Source of the DNA: Lobosporangium transversale
Lineage: Eukaryota
NCBI RefSeq assembly: GCF_002105155.1
Contig: NW_019029002.1
Location: 310,001 to 374,000, forward strand
Length of the DNA: 64,000 nucleotides
Direction of reading: 5' to 3'
The notes beneath the pieces were generated by a model. It saw nothing but the letters and a program-made list of their open reading frames with translations, did no database searches and was not told the DNA's origin. The position numbers and the translations under genes were made by a program. This document shows positions 38,796-52,174 of the stretch, one piece after another. Each line of letters starts with the position of its first letter. Within the stretch, counting starts at the first letter, position 1.

Positions 38796-40114
38796 ATGTC
38801 TGATCCCATTTCAATCAATGTCAAGGCTTCAAATGACCAAAAGTACGTCATCTCCATCAGTGTCACAGAGACTGTGCTTGACTTCAAGAAGAAGATTGCA
38901 GAGAAATGTGATACTCCTGCAGATAAGATGAGACTCATTTATTCAGGACGTGTTCTTAAAGATGCAGACACTCTTGAGACCTACAAAGTCGCAGAAGGTC
39001 ATACCGTCCACATGGTCAAGAGTCAAGGTGCTGCTGCTAGTACCTCGTCAACTGCTTCTACAGTCCCTTCTACTACTACATCTTCGTCTACTACATCAAC
39101 ACCCACTGCTACTACCACAACATCAACCCCTACCACGACCTCAAATACAACATCGACTTCAAGTGGTACTACTGCTGGTATGGGAAGCAAAAAAATAAAA
39201 AAAAATAAAAAAAAAAAAAAAAAAGAAAGTTCTGTTGTCACAGTTAGTCATGTCTACGCAAGCATGCTAACATTTTAATTTGACTTTATTCCGAAATAGA
39301 TCCCTTTGGAACTGGAGCTGGAGCGTTGCCTAACCCTTGGGCTAGCATGATGGGTGGCATGGGCGGTATGGGTGGTATGGGTGGTATGGGTGGTATGGGC
39401 GGTTTTGGAGGAATGGGAGGCATGCCAGGCATGGATACCAATATGATGAATCAAATGATGCAGGATCCCAACTTTGCACAGTACATGTCCAACATGTTAC
39501 AGAATCCTCAAGTACTTGAGTCTATGATTGCTATGAATCCCACTTTGGCTGCTATGGGTCCTGAGGTTCGCCAGATGCTTCAGTCTCCACAGTTTCAGCA
39601 GATGATCTCCAACCCGGAAATGCTGCGTCAGGTTGCACAAATGAGCCAGCAAATGGGTGATATGGGCGGTATGGGCGGTATGGGCGGTATGGGCGGTTTT
39701 GGTGGTGGCGCACCTGGAGGTATGTATAATCCTTGGGGATCCAATACGACTACTACACCAACTTCAGCAGCTTCGCCTAATACTACTTCGACTCCTGGTA
39801 CAGCCGCTGGTACAACACCTGCTCAGAACCCCTTCGCAGCATTTGGTAGCTCCGGTACTCCAGCAGTCGGAAATGTAAATCCTATGGCGCAATATTGGGC
39901 ACAACAGATGGCTGCCATGGGCGGTGCTGGTGGATTTGGAGCACCTACTCAACCTACTCAGCCTGCTCAGCCTCCAGAGGAACGTTTCCAGGTCCAGTTG
40001 CAACAGTTGAACGAGATGGGATTCTATGATGCCGCCAAGAATATTCGTGCATTACTTGCGTCTGGAGGAAACGTGAACGGCGCCATTGAGATGTTGTTTG
40101 CAAACAATTTTTGA
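38796..40114 (+). CDS. DSK2: Ubiquilin (UBL-STI1-UBA)
   Basis: UBL motif RLIYSGRVLKD..GHTVHMVKS; STI1 repeats (MLQNPQ, MISNPEM) with GGM repeats; UBA motif PPEERFQVQLQQLNEMGF..NIRALLASGGNVNGAIEML. One intron at about 39178-39299. Confidence 0.95.
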
Positions 40115-41172
40115 TAGATAAAACGAAACGACGACAATACATTCTTTGACTGTGATAAAACAAAAAAAAAAAAAAAAAAAGGAAGCATAGATGAGTATAT
40201 GCTCCCTTATGATATTTGTGCAAACATGAAGCCGATTTTTCTTAATTCATTGTACAAATTAGAAGTCGTCCTTCAACGCATGAAAGTCGCATTGTTCACC
40301 ACACTTTTAATAAATAAAGCAAAATTTTGAAACCCAAATAAGCATGGACTCGTTTTCTTTGACTATACTTAAAGAGTTTATTTAATCAAATAATTATTGC
40401 AAGTAAGGCAGTTTTACAGTTTTATTATTTTAGTAGGGAGCCAACATGGGGCCATTGTATATAAGAAGAAAAAAGCAGGATCGGAGAGATTTTTAAAAAA
40501 AAGCATGTATTTAATAATATCCAAATCTACAGATACCAACAATATCAAGAATATCAAGCAAACCATTGGTTACGAGCTATTTCGAGGATATTGTTGCTAA
40601 TCACTAGTCTCTCGTTGTGTTACACAGTCCCGACAAGGTTCAGATATTTATTACGACCTCAAACATAATATATCAGACAGCTAAACCATGCTAATCAGAC
40701 AAGCAGATGGAGAATGAGATGAGAAAGATGAAAGATGATGCCGATAAAGAAAGTAGGTATCTTACTTTTTTTTTTTTTCTTTTTTAATTAACTCTTCTTC
40801 ACCCTCGCTTCTTTTTTTTCTTACCTTATAATTACTTCTCTGTCCCTCATCTTCCATCCATCCAACAAAGGGGGGTGCCAACTTTCATCTTTCTCTTTCT
40901 CTCTTCCTGTCTGCCTGTCTGCCTGTCTCGACAGCACCCTTTTCTTCTCTCTTCCTCTCCCTTGCACTTTGCCCTATTCTTTCTTTTGCTCTATTCTTCT
41001 TTCTCTTATTCATTCATTAATATCTCTTTTACTTTTGCTGCTCTCGGCTCCCTATAGTCTTGTGTCCTGTGCCTGCGCCTGGCTTCTTATCCGTTCCCGG
41101 TCTTCCATTCGTGCCTCTCTTCTCCCTAATTTGCATTCATTGCTGTAATATCATTCTTCGAAATTTAGAACC

Positions 41173-41286
41173 ATGGCAGGTCTTTTCACTAAAAAGAAAA
41201 AAGAAGACAGCAATGCAAAACAACAACAGCAACAGCAACAGCAACAGCAACAACAGCAACAGCAACAACAACAGCAACAGCAGCAA

Positions 41287-41339
<53 letters not shown>

Positions 41340-44300
41340 GCAACAACAACAACAGCAGCAGCAGCAGCAGCAGCAGCAACGACCAGCCCCACCATCCAGT
41401 GGTCTTGGACTAAATAGCAACAATGGCAGTTCAAACAACTTGCTTTATAATAATAATGACAGTAACAATAGTATCAATAATCAATATCAAGCGCATGCAT
41501 ATCAACAATCACCAATGAGTCCTATGAGTCCTACAAGTTCAATAAACAACAGTATTGCATCTAATTTTCAACCACAACAACCACAACAACAACTGCAACA
41601 ACAACTGCCATCAGGACACAATGGTGCGCCAGCTAACTCTAATTCATCAGCAGCTGTAGCAGCTCTACCGCCTCCACAATTGTTTTGGACACAACGTCGC
41701 ACTCTTGGGATCAACCCCTTTCCACGGTTTCAGCATTCGAGCTCTGTTACCGCCATAGGGACTGAGATCTTTGTATACGGAGGCATTCAGCATGGAGTGC
41801 CTCAAGATGGACTGTTTGTCATTGATTCTGGTAATGAATATTGCTTGCATGCATATAAATCATAGTTAATGAAAAGTCATTTTATTTTTATATATGTCTG
41901 TCCCATCTCAGGAGCAAAAAAGAAGAGCATAGGGAGAAATGGTAGTAGAGTTATGTTTGCACCATGAGAAGGGAGCGAGAGCAAAGGTTCCTGATCTGGT
42001 CGAGGAAGGTCTTTTTGATATGCTGCTACAGTTATTAAAATGCATCTTTTTTGAGAAAGATGGACTGGATCGGCGAGAGCACAATTATGCCCTCAACGTT
42101 TCTTGTCCCTCAATCTCGGCCTCCTGGAGAATACTTTTAATTCTTTTCTTGGAGTGAAGGGTCAATGGCTCTGAGCACAATTTCCCTACTTGCAGCTCTC
42201 TCTCATTTACTTGCAATCTTAATTTTTTTTTTTTTTTTTTTTTTTTGCGTGGCTATCAATGACAATGCAATGCTCGCTTTCCATAATTATACATATTTCT
42301 CTTTCTTTTTCAAATGTGCCTGATTTTAACCCTCTGGAGTCAGCGTGGCTATTCTTCATTGTTGCGTTCCATGCTCATTAATTAGTTCAACCATAAAACC
42401 ATTAGAGAAGGGAGGGATGACAGCATTGCTTTTTTAGGCTCATACTTTTTACCTTTCAACCACCAATTCCAATGCTCTATTTTTTTTTATGCAGCCCTAA
42501 AAGCCAACAAATGGGTTAATGTCTCGAGAATTGCTAATTATAACCCTGACTTTCCCTTTTTTACCCTTGATTTGCTTCCCACATCCTTTCTTGTGCATAC
42601 TTGGCATACACAACTGACAATTGTCATTTCTTTTATCTGATAGTTTCTCTACAATGCCAGGCTATTACCTCCACAAGTCCGGACCGACCAATGGCCAAGA
42701 GCGGGCATACTGCTGTGAATATTGGTCAATATATCATTTGTAAGTGGAAATCCTTACTATTACCACTGGTATTGTCACTTAGTTTTTGTTTTCCATTTTT
42801 CATGTGGAATTGCAGACACGCCGCTTATCTGGGGCTGTTTGCATATTCCATCAATATTGGTTTAATAGAATCTGAATAATAGGATTCATGATCATGTCGC
42901 ACCAACTACAACAATAATCGACAATAAAAAGAGTTAACATCGACATTGCTATTATTCTCAACAACTATCTAGGTTTTGGTGGTTGGGACCAAACGACAGG
43001 GCAATGCGATGATAGTCTGCATGTGCTGCACACCGTTCGCAAAGAATGGAACAAACCACCTATCCAAGGACCACTGCCCACACCGCGTCACTCGCATTCT
43101 GGATGCGGCATTGGAACCACAATGTATATTTTTGGAGGACAGATTGATAACTACTATCTTGGAGACTTGGTCTCATTTGACATGAAAACAAGTAAGAGAA
43201 ATATCAATCTTTTTCTTTCCTGATGAATGAACTTTTACTCGCTCAGAACTGACTGTGACGAATGTCTCCTGTTTATGTATAACACAGTCACGCAGAACCC
43301 TCGTTGGGAAGTGATTGAACCAAAATCAGAGGCATCACCACCAGCAAGAGCAGGCCATTCAGCAGCGGTGTATGAAGGCAAAATCTACATCTTTGGAGGA
43401 GCGGACGCTGATTATTTCTACAACGATATCTGGTGTTTTGATGTTCGAACCAGTATTTGGAAACCGATTGCAGCATCTGGATATTTGCCCTCTGGACGTT
43501 TCGGACATTCCTGTACAATTGTCGATGGTGTTCTGTATATCTTTGGAGGCAGTAGCCCCGATGGTTCAGAGCTTAATGATGCCTATGCATTCAAAATCAA
43601 TGGTAATCATTAATAGTCTGATTCTAGAGATACAAACAGAGTGTGATATAGCAAAAGGATGCAGATCTTGATCGATTTTTTTCCCCCCCTCCTCTTAGAA
43701 CGTCGATGGTATCTCTTTCAAAATATCGGCCCTGCTCCCAGTCCTCGAAGTGGACACACCATGTGCACAGTTAAGGACAAGATCTTTTTACTTGGTGGCA
43801 ATTCTGAGCGGGCCGACTTAGATGATGGTGGGGCGCTCTACTACATCGAAATTCGTAAGTTGAAATCCGATTAGCATCAAAAAAAAAAAAAAAAAAAAAA
43901 GTGGTGTTCCTGGAGAACTGATCTTTTCACTTTTTGATGTGTCTTTACTAGCGAAAATCCGCTTCCCTGATGCTCAGCTAAATACACCCCGTCAAGCTCC
44001 ATCCTCAAGACTCGCTTCTCAACCCTCACCATCTCTTCAACCACAACAGCAATCACAACAGCAATCACAGCAGCCATTGCAAGCAGAGGTACCTTCCGAA
44101 TATGACCCTCAGTCTGCGCAAGGAGTAGGAGCAGGAAATTCTAATAGGCTAGATCGGCCAGATCGTTCGGCACGCCCTATCACACAACGGCCTACTTCAC
44201 CAGCAGCGTTTGGCTCCAACAACATGGATCAACAACAGGCATCAGCGAACATGAATAACTCACAGCACACAAGACAGCCAATGAATTCTCAACAAAGCCA

Positions 44301-47300
44301 GTGGCCCATGGGTGTACCGCCTCGTGGAGCAAGTGCTGGACAGACCACAAAGAATGGTGGAGAAATGGATAATGAAAGCCCTGTCATCAGTCGTAGGACC
44401 ATGCAAATGTCCTCAGCACCAATTCCAAATACTGGGGGAGCAGCACCTCCCTCACTTCGTAGTGGAGTGAATAACCAACCACCAGGGTCAGGGGAGTTGA
44501 ACCCTACAATGACCAGATCTGAGAGAGACCGCTGGGCTAAGAATAGCAACGGTATGGTTTCACCAGCAGCTCCAACGAACATTCGAAGAGAAGATGAGAT
44601 CAACTCAGATGCAGCAGATACCTTTGCCTCCTCTCAAGGATCTCAAGTGGCTCAAGGGGCAGGGGGAGCGTCATATTTCCCCCCACCCCCTTCATCTTCT
44701 GGATCAACAGCATCTGCAAACATGCGGCAAAATGGTACATCGTCTCCAACGCTCTCTGCACAGAATTCTTCACAGCATGGAAGATCGCCATCACCTGCTA
44801 CAGCTTCACAGCGAGCACATGCTCGTGGACAGAATGCCTCTGCTTCATCGCCCCATTTGCCATCAGCAGCAGGTGGCGAAGCTTATCCCAATACTTCGGC
44901 CTTATCTTCTACAGATATGGGACGCCTGAATCAACTGGAACAGCAGATGAAAGAGCGTGATGAACAGTTGGAAGTGATGAGGCGGCGCGAAAACTGGCTG
45001 GTGACTGAGGTTCTATTGGCACGACAGGTCTCTGGCAGCAGAAGTGGACAAAATAAATCGGAGCAAGATTCGAATGATGACCAGCTGTTGATTGCTGAGC
45101 TTGAAAAGGAGATGGAGAACCAACAGTTGGAAGATCATCAACTTAAGGTCACCAAAGCATTACTCAAACTCAAGGATGAATTGCGACGTGCCAAGGTAAG
45201 AGGAAATAGGAAATAGGAAATAGGAAATAGGAAATAGAAAAAAAAAAAAAAAGTGTCGTTGCTTATATTAGTGAATTTTTTTATGATTATGCTTTTAGAT
45301 GTCGATTGCAACTCAATCCCAGGCTGCATCATTCAAGATCAGAGAAGCTGAGCGTATCCGCACAGGTGCCCTTCAAGAAGCCGCATACCTAAAAGCCAAA
45401 CTCTCATCTTTGTCCTCTTCTAACCCTGATTCATCTGCCTTAGCGCGGATCGAGACTGACAGAGCCATGGATCTTGAGAAGCGATTGACTTCAGCCCTTT
45501 CAGAAATGGAGACTTTAGAGCTACAGTTCACAAAGAGTCAAGAAATGTTGCAACAAGAAAAGATGGCCAGACTGGCGGCTGAGGAACGATCGAATGATTC
45601 CACTATTTTAGCAGAACAGGCACAAGCAGCTCATACTAGAGCTCTGGCTGAATTGGCGAGTCTGCACAGTCGAGCTGCCAAGGCTGAACAAGAGTCTCGA
45701 GAGTATGCCACTCAATTAGTAGAATCTCAAGCTGGGTTCTCGGGACATCAATCTCAGTCATCAGGTCTGATGGCCAAGATTAAAGAGCTAAAGCAACAAA
45801 TTGAAGAGCATCAAACAGCTCTGGAAAGGACTCAAATGGCATATTCTGCTGCAAATGAACGAGCCTCGAGAGCCGAGACTATGTATGAGGAATCTTCTGG
45901 AAAGTTTGAAAAGATGGAGAGTCTCCGAGCAGAGATGGCTAGTGATCTATCTCGGTACAAGACTGAGAATGAGCGCTTACAATCTAAAGTCGAGGATCTG
46001 GAGGGGCGATGGCAAATCTCGAAGGATGAGGTTGTCACGCTTCGTAAACTAGTTGAAGATGGGCTGGGTGCTTTCAACCCTCGTAGCAAATCGCAGAATG
46101 AAGGGATGCCTGCGGCACGCAAACATGATAGTATTGCGATCTTAAACACAGTCTCCAAGGTTTCGGAATTAGAGCATGAATTGAGCTCCCTTCGAGTGTT
46201 ACACAAGAATTCCCAGGCCGCTGCCTCGAAATCTGCAACAGAATTGGCAGATGCCATGATTGAACTCTCAAGACTGGAGCAAAGTTCGATGAAGTCCAAA
46301 GCAGAAACCATTTCGTTGCAGCGTCACCTAGCACAGGAACGAGAGACTGCTACAGCTTTGAGAAACGAGTTGAGTAGGACTGAACAAGAGTTAGAGGTCA
46401 AGGTCAAGGAATTGGAAAATAATGAGGTTCAATTGGGATTACTGAAGGATGTGATGCGGGAAAAGGGCATCATTGCTGAAGATGTGATGATGCTTCGGTC
46501 CGTTTCAAGTTCTGCATCAGGCGCTCGCAGCGCTTCTGGTGATTCTGCAGCCGCTTTAGAGGCTAAAGTTAGGCAGCTCGAAGGAAGAGTTCAGTCATTG
46601 GAGCTGGAATTGGAGCAAGTAGATCAACAGCGTCAAGCAGCAGTCCAACATTCTGAGAAATCAACTTCCATGTCAAGAAAACTCAGAAGCGATCTTGCAG
46701 CAGCAACTCAAGAGAAGGAGTCTCTCCAAGCCATGTTGGAGCAGCTTCAGCAAACTCATGCTCGATGTGGCAACGAACCGCCCTCATCAGGTGGTTCTCG
46801 CAACAACGCTGGACAAATGAATGATGATGAGCGCCGAAGCTTGCACAAACAAATCAAAGAGTTGCAGAATCGCCTTGCAGAATCCGAGAAATATGCTGCA
46901 GAGCTCTCTCAGAAGGTTGTGGCGATGACAGAAAGAGTCGATGAAGTCCAGACTTTGAATGAGGCTATTGCTGAGCAACTTGAATCTGTTCAAGAACAGG
47001 CGGATGCGTTCAAGAAAAAGGCCCAAGAGACAATCCAGATCTTGGAAGGGGATAATTCTGTTTTGGAGGCTAGATTGCAGGATTCTGAAAAGAAGGTCAT
47101 GTTGTTATTGGATGATATGCAAAACAGTCTCACGACCACAGATGGTAGCATCGGCGGTGGTACTGTGGGACAAAACAACAGTTCACCATACGGCTCTGCC
47201 AATCTTTTGGGGACTCATCAGCAAGTGAATCAGCAGATGGTGGGGGGATCGCCATCATTGAGGCCTATGAACGCTCGTCTTCACAATACTACTGGCGGTA

Positions 47301-48040
47301 CTCCTAGAAGCAGCAGTCGGACCAGCAACGGCCGTTCAGGAAGTGGCAACAGCAGGCCCATCAATTCTACGTCACCCTCAGGTCTTTCAGGTCAAAGGAG
47401 GAACAACAACAGCAGCCTCGGAAATAGCCCTAGCCCTAATCAGCAACAATATATCCCCGAGGAGGATGTGTACAACTATGGCGGTGTAAACAATAATAAT
47501 CAGCACCAGACCAATGGAAGTGCTGCAGGTGGACATGGACAGTACCCGCGTGCTGAGTTTGAAGATGAAGAGGATCCTAACTCGATTGCGTATCGTGACT
47601 CTATGGATTCAATCACTCGTGAACTCGAGATGCTGAAGGTACCATGGAACAAAGCTTCTGGAGGAGGAGGGTCAGACACTAGTAACGGTAGTAATGGTCG
47701 AAAGTCGACTTCTCCACTTCAGAGGCCATATCAACAGCAGCAATCCCCATCTCCATCTCAACAGCAACAACAGCAGAAGACGACAACAAACGGTAATTAT
47801 TACGGTAGTGGGAATGGGACTGGGGCCGGAGGTAGAAACAAGTATATGTACGACGAAGATGATGACGAGGATGGTGAAGCAAGTTATTTGACTCATCTCC
47901 AACCACGTCAATACCAACAACAGCAACAGTCCAGTGGCCCTCTCGATACTACCCGCTCGTTCAATGACCGCAGCGCTTCACGACTCAAGGAGTATGAACA
48001 GATGATTGATGAGATTGAAAATGCAAGAAGACAGCAATAA
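41173..48040 (+). CDS. Kelch-repeat plus coiled-coil polarity protein (Tea1/Kel1-like), multi-exon
   Basis: Kelch repeats (PFPRFQHS..IFVYGG, PTPRHSHS..MYIFGG, PPARAGHS..IYIFGG, PSGRFGHS, GPAPSPRSGHT), then a long coiled coil with ERIRTGALQEAAYLKAKL. Confidence 0.85.
41221..41379 (+). repeat. CAA/CAG repeat encoding poly-Gln (53 codons)
   Basis: 159 nt of uninterrupted CAA/CAG codons. Confidence 0.95.
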
Positions 48041-48549
48041 GAATCACACACTCAACCTCAGTCGCGATCCATTTAACAACTTGAACAAACGTTTTAACAA
48101 TACTCAATGCTCAAGTTCGTTCTGATGCTCCCTTATGAACGTATGCACTATAAAAAAAAAACTTATGACCATTTAGATAATAGACTATACGATACGCAAC
48201 TTCATTACAAATAGATGTAACAACAAAAGCATTACACACCTTCATGTAAAGAATAAAATAAACAAATGCCATTTCCGCTACCATTAATCTTCATCGAAAT
48301 ATTTTACTGATCAGGGAGCTTTTGTTCAGAATGGACGATGGACTGTTTTTTCTTCAGGTCACTCTTCTCACCACCATTACCTCATTCAGGTACCAACTCT
48401 AATTTTTTCTTTATCTTCTTTAATCCCCTTTTTTTATTATTGGCAGAGAGGATATCGATAGCGATGATGTCTGCTCTTGAAAAAAAAAAAAATAATTAAT
48501 AAAAAAAAAAAAAAAAAAAAAAAAGAGTTAATAAATAGGGTAAGATAAT

Positions 48550-51500
48550 TTATTTCTCAATTTTGGCAAGGGGCGCTCTTCTACGCAGAGCAGACGTCAG
48601 CTCCTTTGGTAAATCCAAGTCCCTAGTACCGTCACCGTCCAACCGAGTGTTGCCAATTTGGAGCAACCTCAAAGGTGCAGGCTTCTTGCTATCTTCTGGA
48701 AGACAGTTTGCTAGCACATAGAGCTGACCCAGATCGAAGTTTGTCTCCCGAACAGATAACTCATCCAATGCAGCATAGTCAATTGCTTCGATCAAAGTTT
48801 GCCATGTTCGAGTCGAAAGCTGAATCTCTTCCAATCGAATGAAATCCAAGGGAGTCCACATATTCAAGGCTTTCCCTTCTTCGCTCTCCGATTTGATGAG
48901 CTCAAGTCCTGTCGTAGTCTCCTTCTCATTATCATCATCTTTATCTTCTTGTTGGGCAGCATTTGAGGATAATTCATTCTGCTTGTTTGGGGAATCGGAT
49001 GAAGGCAATTTACGACCAGGCCCCAAGACCATGGCTGTGATCCATTCAGCAATTTGAGGTGATGTATCAAGTTTCTCATGGCAGTTGATCTCAAAGGTAT
49101 CCAAGTGAGGCAGGCTTAGTCTTGTAGGTATAACCTTACTAAATCGAGGCACCCACTCTTCAGCCAATGAACCATCCAAGCTAAGGCGAGTTAACCTGGA
49201 TGCATGTTTAGTCAAGAATTGTTCGGCGAGCGCCAGTTTCTCCTTGTTATCTATATCAAACAAATCCACACCCAACCGGACCAATTCTGGAGAACGTGAA
49301 ATGATCCGATCAATGCATTCCCACCCAACTGAGGTAAGGGAGTCAGGTCGAAGTCGAAGAGATCGAAGTTTAGATCCTTCATCCTTTGTTACCATGTCTA
49401 GGGTCGTGGCATGCTCATCTGTGAATTCTGCATCTAAGGTCAGTTGTTCCAAGAGAGAACCTTGCTTTCGTAACAGTTCCTTCAGTCGGTTGAGAGGTGC
49501 TGTTCGTGGGAACTTTGAGGTGTTGAGGTCGACGGTGTAGACTGCTGCTGCAGCCTCGACTGAGAACTCGAGAGTGATGAAAGGGACGCCATCTTCCTGC
49601 AATCTCAAAATATGAAGGGAGCAATAACCTCCAGAAGAAAATACTTTGGGCCGAATAGACGAAATCAAGTTGATAAAGCCGAATGAATAGCTGCTGTTGC
49701 ACTCGATCTGGATCTCAGATAATTTTGGGCTATGTGTAAGGATCTCCATCCACGCGTTCTCCTCAATATCTTCTGTCACCTGCTTAGCGAATATATGAGT
49801 TAGATGACCCAAGCCGATAAACTGTTCGATATGAGGGCAAATAGGCGTTAGTTCGGCTGAAGTTGTTAAAACGGCTCCTCGGACAGTGCCTTGGAAGATC
49901 TTGATGTCCATCGAGAAGGACAAGGCATTGTCCACAACCGTCAAGGTATCCAAGTTGAGAACATATCCCAGTTTATCTGTCAAGTAAAGAGCAGTAACTC
50001 GGAAATCCGTGGTCCAAACTGTCAGCTTAGCAAGCCCAGAACAAGCCTGTAGGATTCTGGTCAGTATAGACTTGGATTCTTCGTCTAGGGGGTTAAAATT
50101 ACTGCCCAGAACAAGTGTACGCATTTGAGGCGCCTTTCCTAGGCTAGCTGTCGAAATATGATCATAGAGATCTCTGAATTCATATAGTTCGAGTGCTTGG
50201 ATTCGTTGGTTCTGAAGAAGTTGGAGAATTGGATCAAATCGACGACTGTTGTTAATGATGTCTCGGTTGGGGCCCTTGAAATGCTTGCCATTCAACTTGA
50301 GATGTAGGATATTGGATGTTGTGGCTGTATTAGCCAATTTGCGGAGATCATCCATAGTTACATCCCAGCCCAAAGTAATATCAAGTGTCTGGACGCCACG
50401 AGCCTTGACGAGTACATCATAAAACTGTTTGGCCATAGAACTGCTACTGAACGTGATGACAACTTTCCCTTCCCCTTTAGGAAATTCTCCACGGTTGGCC
50501 GTCACTGCATCCTTCAGGTTTTTGATCGTTGACGTTTTGTAGTTTTCGCGGTAGTGGTCGATGCAGACCCATTTGACCTTGCCCTCCTGGGTCACGATTC
50601 TGTAAAGATTACCCAGGACACGTCCAGAATCCTGAACCTTTAGATAAGACTCGAGTTGACGTAAATCAGCGCCCTCTAGGACCTCCAATTTATCGAGTTT
50701 GAGGTGGTCATTGCTGTCAGCGGCGGCATCCATGCCCCCATTTGCATTTGAGGTTTGGTCGTTGATGAAATTGATGGTGTCATCCACTAGGGAACCAAAA
50801 GATTTTTGGGCGAAATCGAGGCCACTCTTAACGGCATCCATGCCTTCGATTAATCCTGTGTTGTTCAATGCTGGTACGACAACTCCTGCGGCTGCGAATC
50901 CGAACTTGACCATCTGCATCATAGTCAACACGTAGGGGCCATATTTATCAAAGAAGTCTGTAGGCCGATCGATATCATATCCTTCATGTTTAGCTAAATG
51001 GATCTCATGTGGGATAGTACTGTTTTCTGTCATGGTATGTTTCCCACATTCGCACAAGAAGAAGAGCCGGAACTGGTTCGAAAATGGTTTGGAATAAGAA
51101 TCTCTGGCCCTGACGACTTTAGGCAAGACAATGAACAGATGTGGAATTGGATATTCATGCAGTTCATAGGTCTGTGTGAGCACTGCTTGGACTCGATCCT
51201 GGATAATCACGAGGCGCTCCAGTGCCTGTTCCTGCATTTGGATCATAAGATTTTGTTTCTCGTCAAAGGATTTTTGCATCTCCCGTTGTTGATCTACCAT
51301 CTTTTGATGCCATTGTCGATTCTCCTCATCAATCCTCCGTTGAGTCTGGTTGATTTCCTCCTGCAATACGAGTTGTTGTTCATGCAAACGCCGGTTCTCT
51401 TCGGCCTGTGCCTGCAGCTTATCGAAATAGTACCGTAGAGCTTTCTTTACATTTTCGGCATGTAGCTTTTGACTCTCCATAACGAGATCTACATTCAAGC

Positions 51501-52174
51501 CCTCAGTCGTTGCTGCCAAAGCGGAAGAACTAGGGATGAGTTGGAGTTCTGTGATTCCGGCCTCTGCAAGGAGGAATTTGGTGTCAAGAGTCGCAGTCGA
51601 TTCTGAGATGGGGAGATCTTTTATTTCGAGCATGTCCACTTCTTCTTCTTTCTTTAAACCTTGTGGATGCGTCACATCCGATACCAAACCCTCACTGACA
51701 GAGCTATTGGTCTCTATTCCAGCATCGGGCACAACTACCTCAAGCACTTCTCCTGGTTGCGCAGAGATCCTCTTTGGGTTGTAGCTATTTATAAAAAACA
51801 TAAAATTATGAACAAACAAACACACAAACTGAATACTGTCAGTGAATCTGTTGACATTTCGAATTATTTTTTTTTTTCCGTCAGTTAAAAAAGCGGTTCT
51901 GAACTACCCGGTGATCAACATACTACTCAAAGTTTTCATCTGTCAAAAATAAGATAGATTGACCCTCCTTGTTAACAATCCGGCTTGCGTTGGGGAACTC
52001 ACTGCAGATATCATTCCATAAGATGATTCGCTGCCCGGACTTTGTATCCACTCGAGTAGGAATGACTCGTATCTCAGAAGAGGAGGAGGGAACTGGGGGT
52101 AATGCGCCTTTTTGAGACGTAAAGCGGGCACGAAATGCCTGCGACTCATTGCCCAAATGATTGATGCTGGCCAT
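48550..52174 (-). CDS. Mortierellaceae-type uncharacterised protein (~1161 aa): small N-terminal domain, coiled coil, conserved YELHEYPIP core, C-terminal RNI-like LRR region
   Basis: Exons 52174-51924 and 51784-48550 (GTATGT..TAG, in phase). Core YELHEYPIPHLFIVLP..FRLFFLCECG..HEGYD..EGADLRQLESYL..GNLYRIVT.EGKVKWVC..HY. LxxLxL repeats follow (LEQLTL, LRSLRL, LTRLSL, LDELSV). Confidence 0.8.

Noticed and set aside
41060..41438. Poly-Leu, poly-Cys, poly-Ala/Val and Asn/Ser ORFs
   Set aside because: Alternative frames and strands of the CAA/CAG repeat.
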